Shown here piece after piece: positions 51,574 through 62,148 of a stretch of 64,000 nt of DNA. Every line of letters starts with the position of its first letter. Position 1 is the first letter of the stretch. Source of the stretch: an uncultured Phycisphaerales bacterium (lineage in GTDB: Bacteria; Planctomycetota; Phycisphaerae; Sedimentisphaerales; Anaerobacaceae); contig CAVYYI010000004.1 in NCBI GenBank assembly GCA_963772725.1, positions 224,001 to 288,000 of the forward strand, written 5' to 3'. The position numbers were made by a program, and so were the translations under genes. The notes under the pieces were generated by a model. That model did no database searches, was not told where the DNA came from, and saw nothing but the letters and a program-made list of their open reading frames with translations.

Positions 51574-53331
51574 TTACGCCGTTTTGTGGTCGAGGAATCC
51601 TTCCAGCTTGCGTGCGCGTACTGGGTGCTGCATCTTGCGAATAGCCTTGGCCTCTACCTGCCTGACACGCTCGCGGGTAACCTTAAAGATTCTGCCCACT
51701 TCTTCCAGCGTATAGGTGTAGCCGTCCCCGATACCGTATCGAAGCTTGATGATTTCTCGTTCCCGGTACGAAAGCGTCTTTAGCACCGTATCGATTCTTT
51801 CCCTGAGCATTTCCTGCGTCGCCGATGCCACCGGCGAATCGACATCGTTATCCTCAATGAAATCGCCGAAATAACTGTCCTCGCTCTCGCCAATCGGCCT
51901 ATCGAGACTGATAGGATGCTTCGAAATCTTCAGCACCCGCCGCGTCTCGTCAATACTCATATCGGCTTCTTCCGCAATTTCCTCAATCGTCGGCTCGCGT
52001 CCAAGCTGCTGAACCAGTGTTTTGCTCGCCGTGCGTATGCGGTTCATAGTCTCAATCATGTGCACCGGTATGCGGATAGTTCTGGCGTGGTCGGCAATCG
52101 CCCTGGTTATCGCCTGCCGAATCCACCACGTTGCGTATGTGCTGAATTTATACCCTCTGCGATATTCGTATTTATCCACCGCTCTCATCAGGCCTGTGTT
52201 GCCCTCCTGGATAATATCCAGGAAGCTCAGCCCGCGATTGCGGTACTTCTTGGCTATGGAAACCACCAGCCTCAGATTCGCGCTCGAGAGCATCCGTTTG
52301 GTCTCTTCATATTTAGCGTAAACTATATCCAGAACTCGCAGCCTTCTTTCGAGGTGTGTCGGCGTCTCTACCACCATATCCTGCAGTCCTGCCAGCTCCC
52401 GCTTCATCGACTCGATGTCTTCAACGGTTATATCTCTCGTAATTCCAGCCGCTATTGTCGCTTCCAGCTGCTTCATCTTATGCAGCATACTGTTCAGCTT
52501 GTTTCTCAGCGGCTGAAGTCTGCTCGTTCGCAAACTCAGTTCCTCAAGCAGTGTGGCGATTTTACGCCTGTTCGACAGCAGCTGCTTTAATATCGGTTTT
52601 ATCGCATCCTTATCTCCGATGTGCAGAGATTTCTTAAACAGCTCCTGGTTTTTCCCCAGCAGCTTGTTTATCGTGCCGAGATTTTCTGGAAGCCTCTTTC
52701 TGATTACTGTGCGAATAAGATTTTCCGCCGTGCTTATCTTCATCGTTCTGTCGAAGGATAAATCCCCTTCGAAAACCTGCTGCAGCAGCTCTACCGCGTT
52801 CTTCGCGCAATAATCATTTTCGACAAGTTTTCTCCTAAATGCTATTCTCGCCAGCTCGATTTTCCTCGCCAGCGTAACCTCGTCTTCCCTTGTCAGAAGC
52901 GGAATCTCGCCCATCTGCGTCAGGTACATGCGGATTGGGTCGTCAATTCGTCTGCTCGCCTCTTTGCTGACAAGCTCTTTTTCGAGAAATTCATCCTCTT
53001 CCTTGTAAACTTTTTCGACATCAACTCCCTCCTCATCCGTTATGACAGGAAAATCATCCTCGTCCGGTTTTATTGCGTCAGCCTCATCGATAAGGTTAAT
53101 GCCCATTTCATCAAGGTTCGCAAGCAGCCCGTCTAATTGCGCCGGACTTACTACCTCATCAGGAAGGCTTTCGTTGACCTCCTCGTATGTAAGAAATCCC
53201 TTTTTCTTGCCCTTTTCGATAATACCCTTAATGGCTGCCTCTATATCTAAAGGCTTGACTTCCGCGTCAATCTTCACTTCCCCCGCCTCAAAGGCGTCGG
53301 GTTTATTCGCTTTTACACTTTTTTTGGACAT
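51574..53331 (-). CDS. rpoD: RNA polymerase primary sigma factor
   Basis: Region 1.1, [54 protein letters not shown]. Confidence 0.97.
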   Translation of the reverse strand: MSKKSVKANKPDAFEAGEVKIDAEVKPLDIEAAIKGIIEKGKKKGFLTYEEVNESLPDEVVSPAQLDGLLANLDEMGINLIDEADAIKPDEDDFPVITDEEGVDVEKVYKEEDEFLEKELVSKEASRRIDDPIRMYLTQMGEIPLLTREDEVTLARKIELARIAFRRKLVENDYCAKNAVELLQQVFEGDLSFDRTMKISTAENLIRTVIRKRLPENLGTINKLLGKNQELFKKSLHIGDKDAIKPILKQLLSNRRKIATLLEELSLRTSRLQPLRNKLNSMLHKMKQLEATIAAGITRDITVEDIESMKRELAGLQDMVVETPTHLERRLRVLDIVYAKYEETKRMLSSANLRLVVSIAKKYRNRGLSFLDIIQEGNTGLMRAVDKYEYRRGYKFSTYATWWIRQAITRAIADHARTIRIPVHMIETMNRIRTASKTLVQQLGREPTIEEIAEEADMSIDETRRVLKISKHPISLDRPIGESEDSYFGDFIEDNDVDSPVASATQEMLRERIDTVLKTLSYREREIIKLRYGIGDGYTYTLEEVGRIFKVTRERVRQVEAKAIRKMQHPVRARKLEGFLDHKTA

Positions 53332-53424
53332 CAATTTTTTCCCTTATTTTCCAATATTCTTAACATCGAAATCACATTTAATACGTTTCCTATGCGGCTT
53401 TTGTTTATTCCGCCTTTTCAACTC

Positions 53425-55197
53425 CTAAGTCATTCCCATACTATGAGGGTTTCGCTTCCCCGCGTTTTCGCAGATGCACCTCAAATCTTCCGCTGTTTTA
53501 ACCTCAGGTCTTTGCCTCAACACCCTATGCCGTTCAATAACCTCCAAGGCCCCGTCAAGCCGGGTACGAAAATTTCCCTTCTCCTCACCTGCCCTGGCCA
53601 GTTCCACCAGCCATGCGCTCATCTCCAGCGACTCCGTCGCCCCTAAAATCTCCGCCAGACTCGCATCAGGTTTCTCCGTCAGTGTCTCAAACAACCCCGC
53701 GACCAAAGTCTTCATCTCGCCCGCGTCAAAATCCCCAGGCGTAACCTTCCCCCGCACAACCTCAAAAAGCCCAGGCTCATTCAGCAGCACCTCAATAACC
53801 TCCCGCTGTGCGTTCGCCTCAAGCCCCTGGCCGAAATTCACACTCCGCACCCTCTGATTCTCAACCGCCGTCGCCTGCCCTGCCCGCGAAACTCTTCTGC
53901 TCAGCTCCACGTTAATTTCCTTACTATCCATCCCGATAACCCGCGACAGTTTATTAACTATCAGCCCCTTCTCCACCGCCGATATCGCACCCGTCCGCAT
54001 CGCCGTCGCTATCGTCTGCAAAAACTCATCTATCGCGTTCTTCCTTCCCGCCACCGTATCATCCGTACTGAAAAGCTGTTTCAGCCTTGCCCATTTATAT
54101 TCAAAAACATCCGCCGCGTTCTCAATCATCGCATCGAAACTTTCCTTGCCCGCTGCCAGCAGGAAATCGCACGGGTCCTTCCCATTCGGCACAGATGTAA
54201 TCTTAATATCGATATGCTGCGTCAGGCAAACCTCCAGCGCCCTGTTTGCCGCCTCAAGCCCCGCCGTATCGCTGTCGAACAGCAAAACAATTTTCTTCGC
54301 GTACCTGCGCAAAAGCCTTCCCTGCCCGCTCGTAAAACTCGTCCCCATCGTCGCGATAACATTTTCGCATCCGAACTGATGCGCCATCAGACAGTCCATA
54401 TACCCCTCGACCGCGATAACAGTCCCTGTCGATACGATATGATGCCTTGCCTGTTCGAGCCCATAAATACTGTTGCTTTTATCGAATAATACCGTTGTTG
54501 GGGAATTGACATATTTCGCCTCCGCCCCATCCAGCGTCCTTCCGCCAAAGGCGATAACCCTTCCGGTAACATCACTAATCGGGAACATCAGCCGGTTTAC
54601 AAACTTGTCCGCAATTCCGCCTCCCGATATCGGTATTACCAAACCCGCCGCTAAAAGGTACTTTGATGAGATTTTCTGCCCCTGCGCCGCCCGAACCAAA
54701 TCATTCTGGTCGATAGCCATCCCCATCTGCCATTTCTTCACGCTTGCGTCATTTATCTGCCTTTGAGCGATATAATCGCGACCGGTTTTGCCCTTTTCCT
54801 TCTGCAGATTCGCCTGAAAATACCGCGCCGCCCAGTTATTCACCCTGGCCAGTTCATTGGGGTCGATATCACTCTGCTCTGTCCTGCTCGGCTCCGCCGA
54901 CCTGGTGAACTTTATTTTCAGGCCTGCGCGTTCGGCCAGCCTTTGAATCGCCTGCGGAAATGTGAGATTCTCGCGCATTTGGACGAATTTGAGAACATCT
55001 CCGCCCGCACCGCACGCGAAACATTTGAATATCTGCTTGCCCGGATTGACGTACATACTCGGCCGATGGTCCTCATGAAACGGACACAGCCCGACCATCT
55101 CCCTCCCCTTGGGTACCAGCCGGACATGCTCGCCTATGACCTCAACTATGTCATTGGCCTGCTGAACCTGCAAAACTATACTATTATCAAACTTCAC
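53425..55197 (-). CDS. dnaG: DNA primase
   Basis: CPFHEDHRPS, FKCFACG, RLMFPI, FGGR, KYVNSP, VEGYMD, FDSD.AG, KDP.D. Confidence 0.97.
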   Translation of the reverse strand: MKFDNSIVLQVQQANDIVEVIGEHVRLVPKGREMVGLCPFHEDHRPSMYVNPGKQIFKCFACGAGGDVLKFVQMRENLTFPQAIQRLAERAGLKIKFTRSAEPSRTEQSDIDPNELARVNNWAARYFQANLQKEKGKTGRDYIAQRQINDASVKKWQMGMAIDQNDLVRAAQGQKISSKYLLAAGLVIPISGGGIADKFVNRLMFPISDVTGRVIAFGGRTLDGAEAKYVNSPTTVLFDKSNSIYGLEQARHHIVSTGTVIAVEGYMDCLMAHQFGCENVIATMGTSFTSGQGRLLRRYAKKIVLLFDSDTAGLEAANRALEVCLTQHIDIKITSVPNGKDPCDFLLAAGKESFDAMIENAADVFEYKWARLKQLFSTDDTVAGRKNAIDEFLQTIATAMRTGAISAVEKGLIVNKLSRVIGMDSKEINVELSRRVSRAGQATAVENQRVRSVNFGQGLEANAQREVIEVLLNEPGLFEVVRGKVTPGDFDAGEMKTLVAGLFETLTEKPDASLAEILGATESLEMSAWLVELARAGEEKGNFRTRLDGALEVIERHRVLRQRPEVKTAEDLRCICENAGKRNPHSMGMT

Positions 55198-55547
55198 GCC
55201 GTCTTCTCTGTTATATATAAAACAATATAGGCCGTATATTCATTGCTTATACGGCCTTAAAAATTGCATTTTTAACGCATTTGCTTCACCCTCGAAATAC
55301 GCAAATCAGCTACAAGAGTATAGGACTATTTGCTGAAAAGTCAAATTACACCCACTCAATGGCCGTTTTAATACTGAAAAACGCCATTTTGCTTATTTTG
55401 GACACTTGGCTAAATCACACTTTTTCGCAACGATGCAAAGGAATTTTTGACGGGATAAACGAGATAATCATAATTATTTTAAACCCTCCGCACTGTACGC
55501 CGGACATTATTTTTACCCCCGCAACGACATCAAAACCGCAAAGTTTT

Positions 55548-55570
55548 GTAGGGCGGGGTTTTACCCCGCC
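55548..55570 (+). repeat. GTAG-type REP palindrome
   Basis: GTAG-GGCGGGGT-TTT-ACCCCGCC. Confidence 0.75.
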
Positions 55571-55585
55571 GATTTATCTTATAGG

Positions 55586-56237
55586 TGCCCCAGCCACAGG
55601 TGCTGGGGCTAATCCAATCAAAAACTTAATATTGATGATTTTCAATATATTTAAATCTGGCGGCAAACTCTTCTTCTGAAAAACAAAACCTTATATCATA
55701 CCCTTTGGTACAAAGACGCCCTTCACGGCCATTCTGCCAGAGAGTACGGGTAGTTATACTTTTATAACGGCTTGCAAGTTCCTCGATAAATTCTTTATGT
55801 GGCCGCGCCAGCAAATGGATATGATATGTTTAATTCTTTCCGCTTCAGTGAGAATAACTTGTTTGACAACTTTCTTTTCCTGGGGTTCAACTTAGCAATG
55901 GGCGTTTTTTGTCTATTGTGGTTTCTTTTCAGGAGTTAGATATCGCCTTGAAGGATTTTGCCGTTATCACCATATCCCCTTTTATCACCCGGAAACCAGC
56001 TTCCGTAAGTTGTCCATGTCAACATATACCCGACAATTTCTGACATAATTAAGATGGTAATGTTTCAACAATCGATTGGCAATTATTTTCTGCTTTTGGT
56101 TAGCCCCAGCACCTGTGGCTGGGGCATCTTTAAATTCGTTTTTTCCGTTACTGCACAAAATCATCAAGTTTAGTTCCCCTTTGACCTGCCAAAGACGAGG
56201 AACAACAATTCCTCCTGCCCACAGGTGGCAGGGCTAA
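55586..56237. repeat. TTAG-type REP palindromes flanking the Y1 transposase remnant
   Basis: 27-bp exact inverted pair 55586-55612 and 56100-56126 (TTAG-CCCCAGC-ACCTGTG-GCTGGGG); third copy 56213-56237 with an altered stem and the same loop. Confidence 0.85.
55626..56046 (-). pseudogene. REP-associated tyrosine (HUH/Y1) transposase remnant
   Basis: Manual translation: MSEIVGYMLTWTTYGSWFPGDKRG...GDI* (stop), frame changes, then HIHLL (HUH)...YKSITTR...KGY...KYIENH. Confidence 0.75.
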
Positions 56238-56289
56238 GCGATGCGGAAAGCAGGGGATTTTTGGGGAAATATAATGTGTGAAATAAGGC

Positions 56290-56318
56290 TTGCAAAGGAA
56301 AGGGGGGTGGGTTATAAT
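56290..56318 (+). promoter_or_regulatory. Sigma70 promoter of rpsO-pnp
   Basis: TTGCAA, 17 bp, TATAAT. Confidence 0.7.
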
Positions 56319-56404
56319 ATGCGGTTTAATTCGGACAGGCGGGATATGTAAGTATTTAGCCGCCAAACAGATAGCGAGTTTTTGAGAAAGGATTAGTCCT
56401 AAAG

Positions 56405-56671
56405 ATGTTAGCTAAGGAAAAAAAGAAGCAGATAATCAATGATTTTGAGGTACACCAGGGCGATACGGGCTCTCCAGAGGTGCAGATAGCGATTCTGACA
56501 ACGCGTATAAATGAGCTGACCGAGCATTTCAGGACGCACACGAAGGACCACGCATCACGTCGGGGTCTATTGAAAATGGTAGCTACGAGAGCGGCATTGC
56601 TTAAGTACGTGAATAAGAAAGACCCGAAGCGGTACCAGGATATGATAAGCCGGCTCGGACTGAGAAAATAA
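56405..56671 (+). CDS. rpsO: 30S ribosomal protein S15
   Basis: [33 protein letters not shown]. Confidence 0.98.
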   Translation: MLAKEKKKQIINDFEVHQGDTGSPEVQIAILTTRINELTEHFRTHTKDHASRRGLLKMVATRAALLKYVNKKDPKRYQDMISRLGLRK

Positions 56672-56748
56672 GACGCGTGAGTATTCATGCGGTTTAGTTG
56701 GTTTATGTACTTGAAAATTATTTTTGCACATTCAATTGAGGCAGACCT

Positions 56749-58946
56749 ATGTTAGATTTTTATAAGCTGGAAAGACAAATCGGGGGCAGAATTTTATCGA
56801 TAGAGACAGGCAAGATTGCCAGACAGGCAGACGGGGCTGTCATTGTACGATACGGCGATACGATGGTGCTTGTTGCGGCGACGACTGCTCCGCCTATGGT
56901 TCAGGATATAGATTATTTTCCGTTGAGTGTTGATTATCGCGAAAGGCATTGTGCGGCGGGGAAATTTCCAGGCGGATTTATAAAGCGTGAGGGTGGCCGA
57001 GCACAAAGGAGATTCTGACGGCCAGGATGATAGACAGACCGATAAGGCCGTTGTTTCCGGACGGGTATTTCCAGGAAGTGCAGATAATGGCGATGGTTTT
57101 GAGTTTTGACGGGGAAAATGACCCTGATATTCTGGCGATGATTGGGGCAAGCGCGGCTCTTACGATAAGCAAGATTCCATTTATGGGGCCGATAGCGGCT
57201 TGCAGGATGGGCAGGGTGAACGGTGAATTAGTTATTAATCCGACTCATAAACAGCTCGAGGAAAGCGACTTGAATCTTCTGCTTGGCGGCAGAAAAGACG
57301 CAATGAATATGATTGAGGTCGGCTCGAAGGAATTACCTGAGGACGTAGTCGCAGGGGCGATTGCTGAGGCTCATAAAGTTGTCGCGGAAGTTTGCGGGAT
57401 GATAGAGGAGTTCGGCAAAAGGTTGGAGTTGAAAAGGAGACGCCGCTTGTTGAACTTGACCAGGAGCTTTACAAAAAGGTTAAGGCCCAGATAGCTGATA
57501 AGCTGTATGAACTCAAGCAGATAGTTGGAAAACAGGAACGTAATGACGCGGTAAAGAAATTATTCGAGCAAATCGGGGTTCAATACTGCGACCCGTCTGC
57601 AGAACCTAATGATGATGTTCCGGATGCGGAAGGGCTTGAATCTGAACTGCCTGAGCCGAAATACAGCAAGATAATACTGAAACGGATACTTGGCAAGATC
57701 GAGGAAGAGGTAGTTAAAAAGTTGCTTCTGGACGGCAAACGGCCGGATGGAAGAGGCTATAATGATGTTCGTGACATATCACTGCGAAGTAGGCTTTTTG
57801 CCTCGTACGCATGGCTCGGCGCTGTTTACTCGCGGAGAGACGCAGGCGCTGGTGAATGTGACACTTGGAACGATAAGGGATGCACAAATAATAGACGGAT
57901 TGCTTGAGGAGTATGCCCAGAGCTTTACACTGCATTACAATTTCCCACCGTATTCTGTTGGTGAGGTAAAACCAATAAGGGGTCCTGGCAGGCGAGAAAT
58001 CGGACACGGTGCGTTGGCGGAGCGTGCGTTATTGCAGGTTAAGCCGCCGGAAGATAAGTTCGCATATACAATCAGAATCGTTTCGGATATTACTGAATCC
58101 AATGGTTCAAGTTCGATGGCGTCAGTTTGCGGCGGGACATTGGCAATGATGGATGCTGGCGTACCGATTGAAAGGCCGGTTGCGGGCATATCCATCGGAT
58201 TGATTTCGGGTGAAAAAGGGCGATATGAACTGCTGACGGATATTATCGGCGACGAAGACCATTTCGGCGAGATGGATTTCAAGGTAGCGGGAACGGTTAA
58301 GGGTATTACGGCGATTCAGCTTGATATAAAGGCGGAAGGGCTGGCGCATAATATAATGGTTGACGCGCTCGGCAGGGCGAAAGTGGCGAGGCTGAAGATT
58401 CTGGATATTATGAACAAAGCTATCAGTCAGCCGAGAACGGAATTGAGCAAGTACGCACCGAAGCTGATAACGATTGAGATAGACCCTGAGTTTATCGGCA
58501 AAGTAATCGGGCCGGGCGGGAAGATGATAAAGGGCATCCAGGAAGAGACCGGCGCGGTGATTGAAATCGAAGAAGACGGTACAATTTTCATAAGCTGTGT
58601 GGGCGGTGACGGGCATTTGAAGGCTAAAGAGATTATCGAATCAATCGTATTGCCGCCGCAGGTAGGCAAGGTTTACAGCACGGCGAGAGTGGTTTCTGTA
58701 AAGGATTTCGGGGCGTTTGTTGAGATAGCGCCGGGGGTTGAAGGTCTTTGCCACATCAGCGAGCTGAGTGACGGTTATGTCAAGAGCGTAAATGATGTAT
58801 GCAAAGAGGGTGACATTATACCTGTGAAACTAATACTCATTGATGAGCAGGGCAGATTAAAGCTTTCGCGTAAGGCAGCACTTTCGGACTCCGAGCGGGA
58901 AGCCGAGAGGAATGCGATGAAGAGGCCGCCCAGAGAGCAGCGATAA
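56749..58946 (+). CDS. pnp: Polyribonucleotide nucleotidyltransferase (frameshifts near 56995, 57420 and 57780)
   Basis: [72 protein letters not shown] and S1 domains. Confidence 0.95.
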
Positions 58947-59007
58947 TTCGCGGGAGTGGTTATAGTGAGTTGGCAGCCTGCGAGTCTGGAAAGGCTGGGT
59001 TAAACGA

Positions 59008-59691
59008 ATGTGGCTGGTAAATGAACTTGCGCACGAGATTAAAAATCCGCTTTCGACAATCAAAATCAATTTGAAACTCATAAGTGAGGAGATGGATGAT
59101 TATGCCGGCTCGTTACAAGGGGGGCAGCAAAACGGCGATAAGATTGGCAGGATGCTGAGGAAAATCGGGGTTATTCAGAAGGAGACCGACAGGCTTGAGC
59201 ATATTCTCGATGGATTTCTCCAGTATGCGGACAGGATAGAGCCTCAGGCGGCGAATGCGGATGTAAATGAGCTTTTAAGTGATATGATTGATTTTTATTC
59301 CCCGCAGTGTCATAGTCATTCGATAATTATCCGTATGGTTTTGTGTAAACGGGCGCTGGTTTGCAGGGTTGACGCGGGGATGCTGAAACAGGCGATATTG
59401 AATTTGTTTATAAATGCACAGCAGGCGATGCCGAAAGGCGGGGAATTGATGATAAGGTCGTCTGTGCAGGAGAATTACGCGGTGATACAAATCGGGGATA
59501 CGGGGGAAGGCATTGAAAAAAAGAGGCTGGCTAATCTGTTTGAGGCGTATCATTCGTCAAGGCCGGAAGGAAGCGGTCTGGGATTGCCGACAACTAAAAA
59601 GATTATCGAGGCGCATAAAGGTACGATAAGTGTGGATAGTGAGACTGGAAAAGGGACGCAGTTTACGATAAAATTGCCGCTGGCGGAATGA
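59008..59691 (+). CDS. Histidine kinase core (HisKA plus HATPase) with no sensor domain
   Basis: LAHEIKNPL, QAILNLFINA.QAM, DTGEGI, GSGLGL, GKGTQF. Confidence 0.9.
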   Translation: MWLVNELAHEIKNPLSTIKINLKLISEEMDDYAGSLQGGQQNGDKIGRMLRKIGVIQKETDRLEHILDGFLQYADRIEPQAANADVNELLSDMIDFYSPQCHSHSIIIRMVLCKRALVCRVDAGMLKQAILNLFINAQQAMPKGGELMIRSSVQENYAVIQIGDTGEGIEKKRLANLFEAYHSSRPEGSGLGLPTTKKIIEAHKGTISVDSETGKGTQFTIKLPLAE

Positions 59692-59695
59692 AGAA

Positions 59696-59720
59696 CCCTG
59701 CGAATAAATCGCGGGGCTAA
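59696..59720 (-). repeat. TTAG-type REP-like palindrome
   Basis: Minus strand TTAG-CCCCGCGA-TTTAT-TCGCAGGG in the 35-bp gap between kinase and regulator. Confidence 0.6.
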
Positions 59721-59726
59721 CTAATT

Positions 59727-61100
59727 ATGGATAAAGATATTGTCATTTTAGTGGTTGATGATGAGCGGAATCACGCGGATGGTGTTGCGGAATCGCTGGG
59801 GAAATTGTTCACGAAGGTGATTACTGTTTACAGCGGCCGTAACGCCCTGGAGATTATCCGCAACCGGCAGATTGATATTGTCGTAACGGACCTTAAACTC
59901 GAGGGAAATGTCGACGGGCTGGATATACTCAAAGAGGCAAAAAAACAGAATGAGTTTGCGGAAGTGATTTTGATGACGGCTTACGCGAGTATCGAGACGT
60001 GCAAAGAGGCCATCAGACATGGCGCGTATGATTATCTTGTAAAGCCGATAGATATTGAGCAGCTTAGGACGCTTTTGGAGCAGGCGGGCAGGAAGGTTTC
60101 GCTGTCATATTCTGAAAGAAACAGAACATCGCAAAAAGAGCCGAAGGAATTTCGGTTTGATGGGGTAAGGGGGCAGAGTCCGGCGATGGCGAGGATATTC
60201 GAAGTTTTGCGGCGTGTTGCGCCGTCTAATATATCTGTATTAATTGAGGGGCAGTCTGGGTCAGGCAAGGAATTGCTGGCAAGGGCGATTCACGAAAACT
60301 CGAATCGTCGGGACAAACCTTTCAAGCCGATTAATTGCGCGGGGTTTTCGGAGACATTGCTCGAAAGTGAATTATTTGGACATGTTAAAGGTGCTTTTAC
60401 AGGGGCGGCGACCGACAGAAAAGGGCTTTTTGAAATAGCGGATAAGGGAACGTTGTTTCTCGATGAAATAGGTGATATGCCGCTGAATATGCAGGCAAAG
60501 CTTCTGCGGGTACTGGAGGATGGAATTGTTTTGCCGGTCGGTTCGAGCAAGTCGATTCTTGTCGATGTTCGGCTTATCAGCGCGACAAATCACGACCTTA
60601 CGAAATTAGTGGAAGAGAAAAAATTTAGGCAGGATTTGTTTTTCAGGATTAAGGGAGTAAGCGTTACGGTGCCGTCGCTTCGTGAAAGAGTGGATGATAT
60701 ACCGGCATTAACCGAATATTTTATCAAAGAGGCCGCCGAGGAAACCGGCTCGAAGGTCGCGGGGATAAGCAGGGCGGCGATGAGCGTGCTTGGCGGTTAT
60801 GACTGGCCGGGCAATATTCGGCAGCTTAGAAACTGTATCAGGATTATGGTTGTGATGTGCGACAGGAGCCATCTGGACGTGCAGGACATACCGCCCGAGG
60901 TACACCAGCTCAGGCAGCTGCCGGCCGGTGTGCCTGAAAAAACAGGTATTGATTTATCTGGAATGCCGTTAAATGAACTGGAGAGGCGGGCGATAATGGA
61001 CACGCTGGCCAAGACCGGAAACAACCGTGAAAAGGCCGCCAGGATACTCGGAATCGGCGAAAGAACCCTCTATCGGAAAATCAAAGAGTATAACCTGTAA
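59727..61100 (+). CDS. NtrC-family sigma54-dependent response regulator
   Basis: Receiver (LVVDDE, VVTDL, KP), GQSGSGKE, GAFTGA, FLDEIG, WPGNIRQL, HTH LGIGERTLYRK. Confidence 0.95.
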   Translation: MDKDIVILVVDDERNHADGVAESLGKLFTKVITVYSGRNALEIIRNRQIDIVVTDLKLEGNVDGLDILKEAKKQNEFAEVILMTAYASIETCKEAIRHGAYDYLVKPIDIEQLRTLLEQAGRKVSLSYSERNRTSQKEPKEFRFDGVRGQSPAMARIFEVLRRVAPSNISVLIEGQSGSGKELLARAIHENSNRRDKPFKPINCAGFSETLLESELFGHVKGAFTGAATDRKGLFEIADKGTLFLDEIGDMPLNMQAKLLRVLEDGIVLPVGSSKSILVDVRLISATNHDLTKLVEEKKFRQDLFFRIKGVSVTVPSLRERVDDIPALTEYFIKEAAEETGSKVAGISRAAMSVLGGYDWPGNIRQLRNCIRIMVVMCDRSHLDVQDIPPEVHQLRQLPAGVPEKTGIDLSGMPLNELERRAIMDTLAKTGNNREKAARILGIGERTLYRKIKEYNL

Positions 61101-61103
61101 TAG

Positions 61104-62123
61104 TTATATGGTGGTTTTGAGGATTCTGTCAGACGATTCTGGCATGCCGGTGCGGGCGGAAAGATATGCGGACTCGATGACGGCCATATTTTTGCGGTTC
61201 TCGTGGATGCTGCTGTTTAATTTGTTTTCCTGGGTGTTAATCAAACTATTGGCAAAGTCTTCAAGAAGTTTTGTTATTAAATCAAATTCTGTCTGGTTGT
61301 ATCGCTGTTCAGAGATGATATTGCCGCGGTTGTCGCTAATACCAAAATAATTGTCGGCGATGGTGAGGATTTTGTTTTTGCCGTGAATTTTTATGGTTTC
61401 CTCTTTAGCGCCGAATATTCTGCTTATAGTAAGATTTGCTGTCAGTGTATCGCTGAATTTCATTGTTAGAACCGCGGTGTCTTCGGTGAGGCAAAGCCTC
61501 TGCTGCCTGTCAAGAGCATGATTGCCGGTGAGACAGTAAACCTGCTGAGGTATGGAAAAAAGGCAGAGCATCTGGTCTAATATTTGATAACCGTTTCGCA
61601 GTAGGACGCCTCCGCCGGCGAGTTTTGGGTCGCTGTACCAGGGTGGATACGCATTATTACCATTTGTGCTGACAGCAGTAATAAGAAAAATCTGCTCTAA
61701 TTTTCCCGCTTCGATGAATTCTTTGGCGGCTGTGAAGCTTCGGGAAAATCTTTTTGTGTTGGCAACGGCGAAATTTATATTTTCCCTGTGGGCAAGTTTG
61801 GCGAATTCCTCTATCTCTTCAAAATTCCTGGCTGGCGGCGGGAGTTTGAGTATATTCATCTTTTTTTTAATCGCGGCGCGGAGATATTCTTCGCAGCTAT
61901 GCATACCGGCGGCGACCAGGACGCAGTCAAAATCATTCTGCATGATTAGCTGCCTATAATCGTCGTAGGCTGTGCAATTGTACGTCTGGGCGGTTTTTTC
62001 GACTAAAGCGGTATCCTTGTCGGCGACGGCAGTAACAGTAAAATAGCCGCATTTGGCAGTTGCTTCAAGCAAAAGCTCGCCGCCGTCCTTTAATCCGAGT
62101 ATAGCGGTTTTAAGTGCAGCCAT
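61104..62123 (-). CDS. Gfo/Idh/MocA family oxidoreductase-like protein
   Basis: LKTAILGL, W.SDPKLAGGGVLL..GY...D, TEDTA, AVIESAYLSARTG; the canonical EKP motif is degenerate. Confidence 0.8.
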   Translation of the reverse strand: MAALKTAILGLKDGGELLLEATAKCGYFTVTAVADKDTALVEKTAQTYNCTAYDDYRQLIMQNDFDCVLVAAGMHSCEEYLRAAIKKKMNILKLPPPARNFEEIEEFAKLAHRENINFAVANTKRFSRSFTAAKEFIEAGKLEQIFLITAVSTNGNNAYPPWYSDPKLAGGGVLLRNGYQILDQMLCLFSIPQQVYCLTGNHALDRQQRLCLTEDTAVLTMKFSDTLTANLTISRIFGAKEETIKIHGKNKILTIADNYFGISDNRGNIISEQRYNQTEFDLITKLLEDFANSLINTQENKLNSSIHENRKNMAVIESAYLSARTGMPESSDRILKTTI

Positions 62124-62148
62124 ATACGTTATATTAATCCGTGAATGG

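Noticed and set aside
55281..55679. 132-aa ORF sharing APATGAGAN with ORF 55985-56167
   Set aside because: The shared peptide is the translated 27-bp REP, not protein homology.
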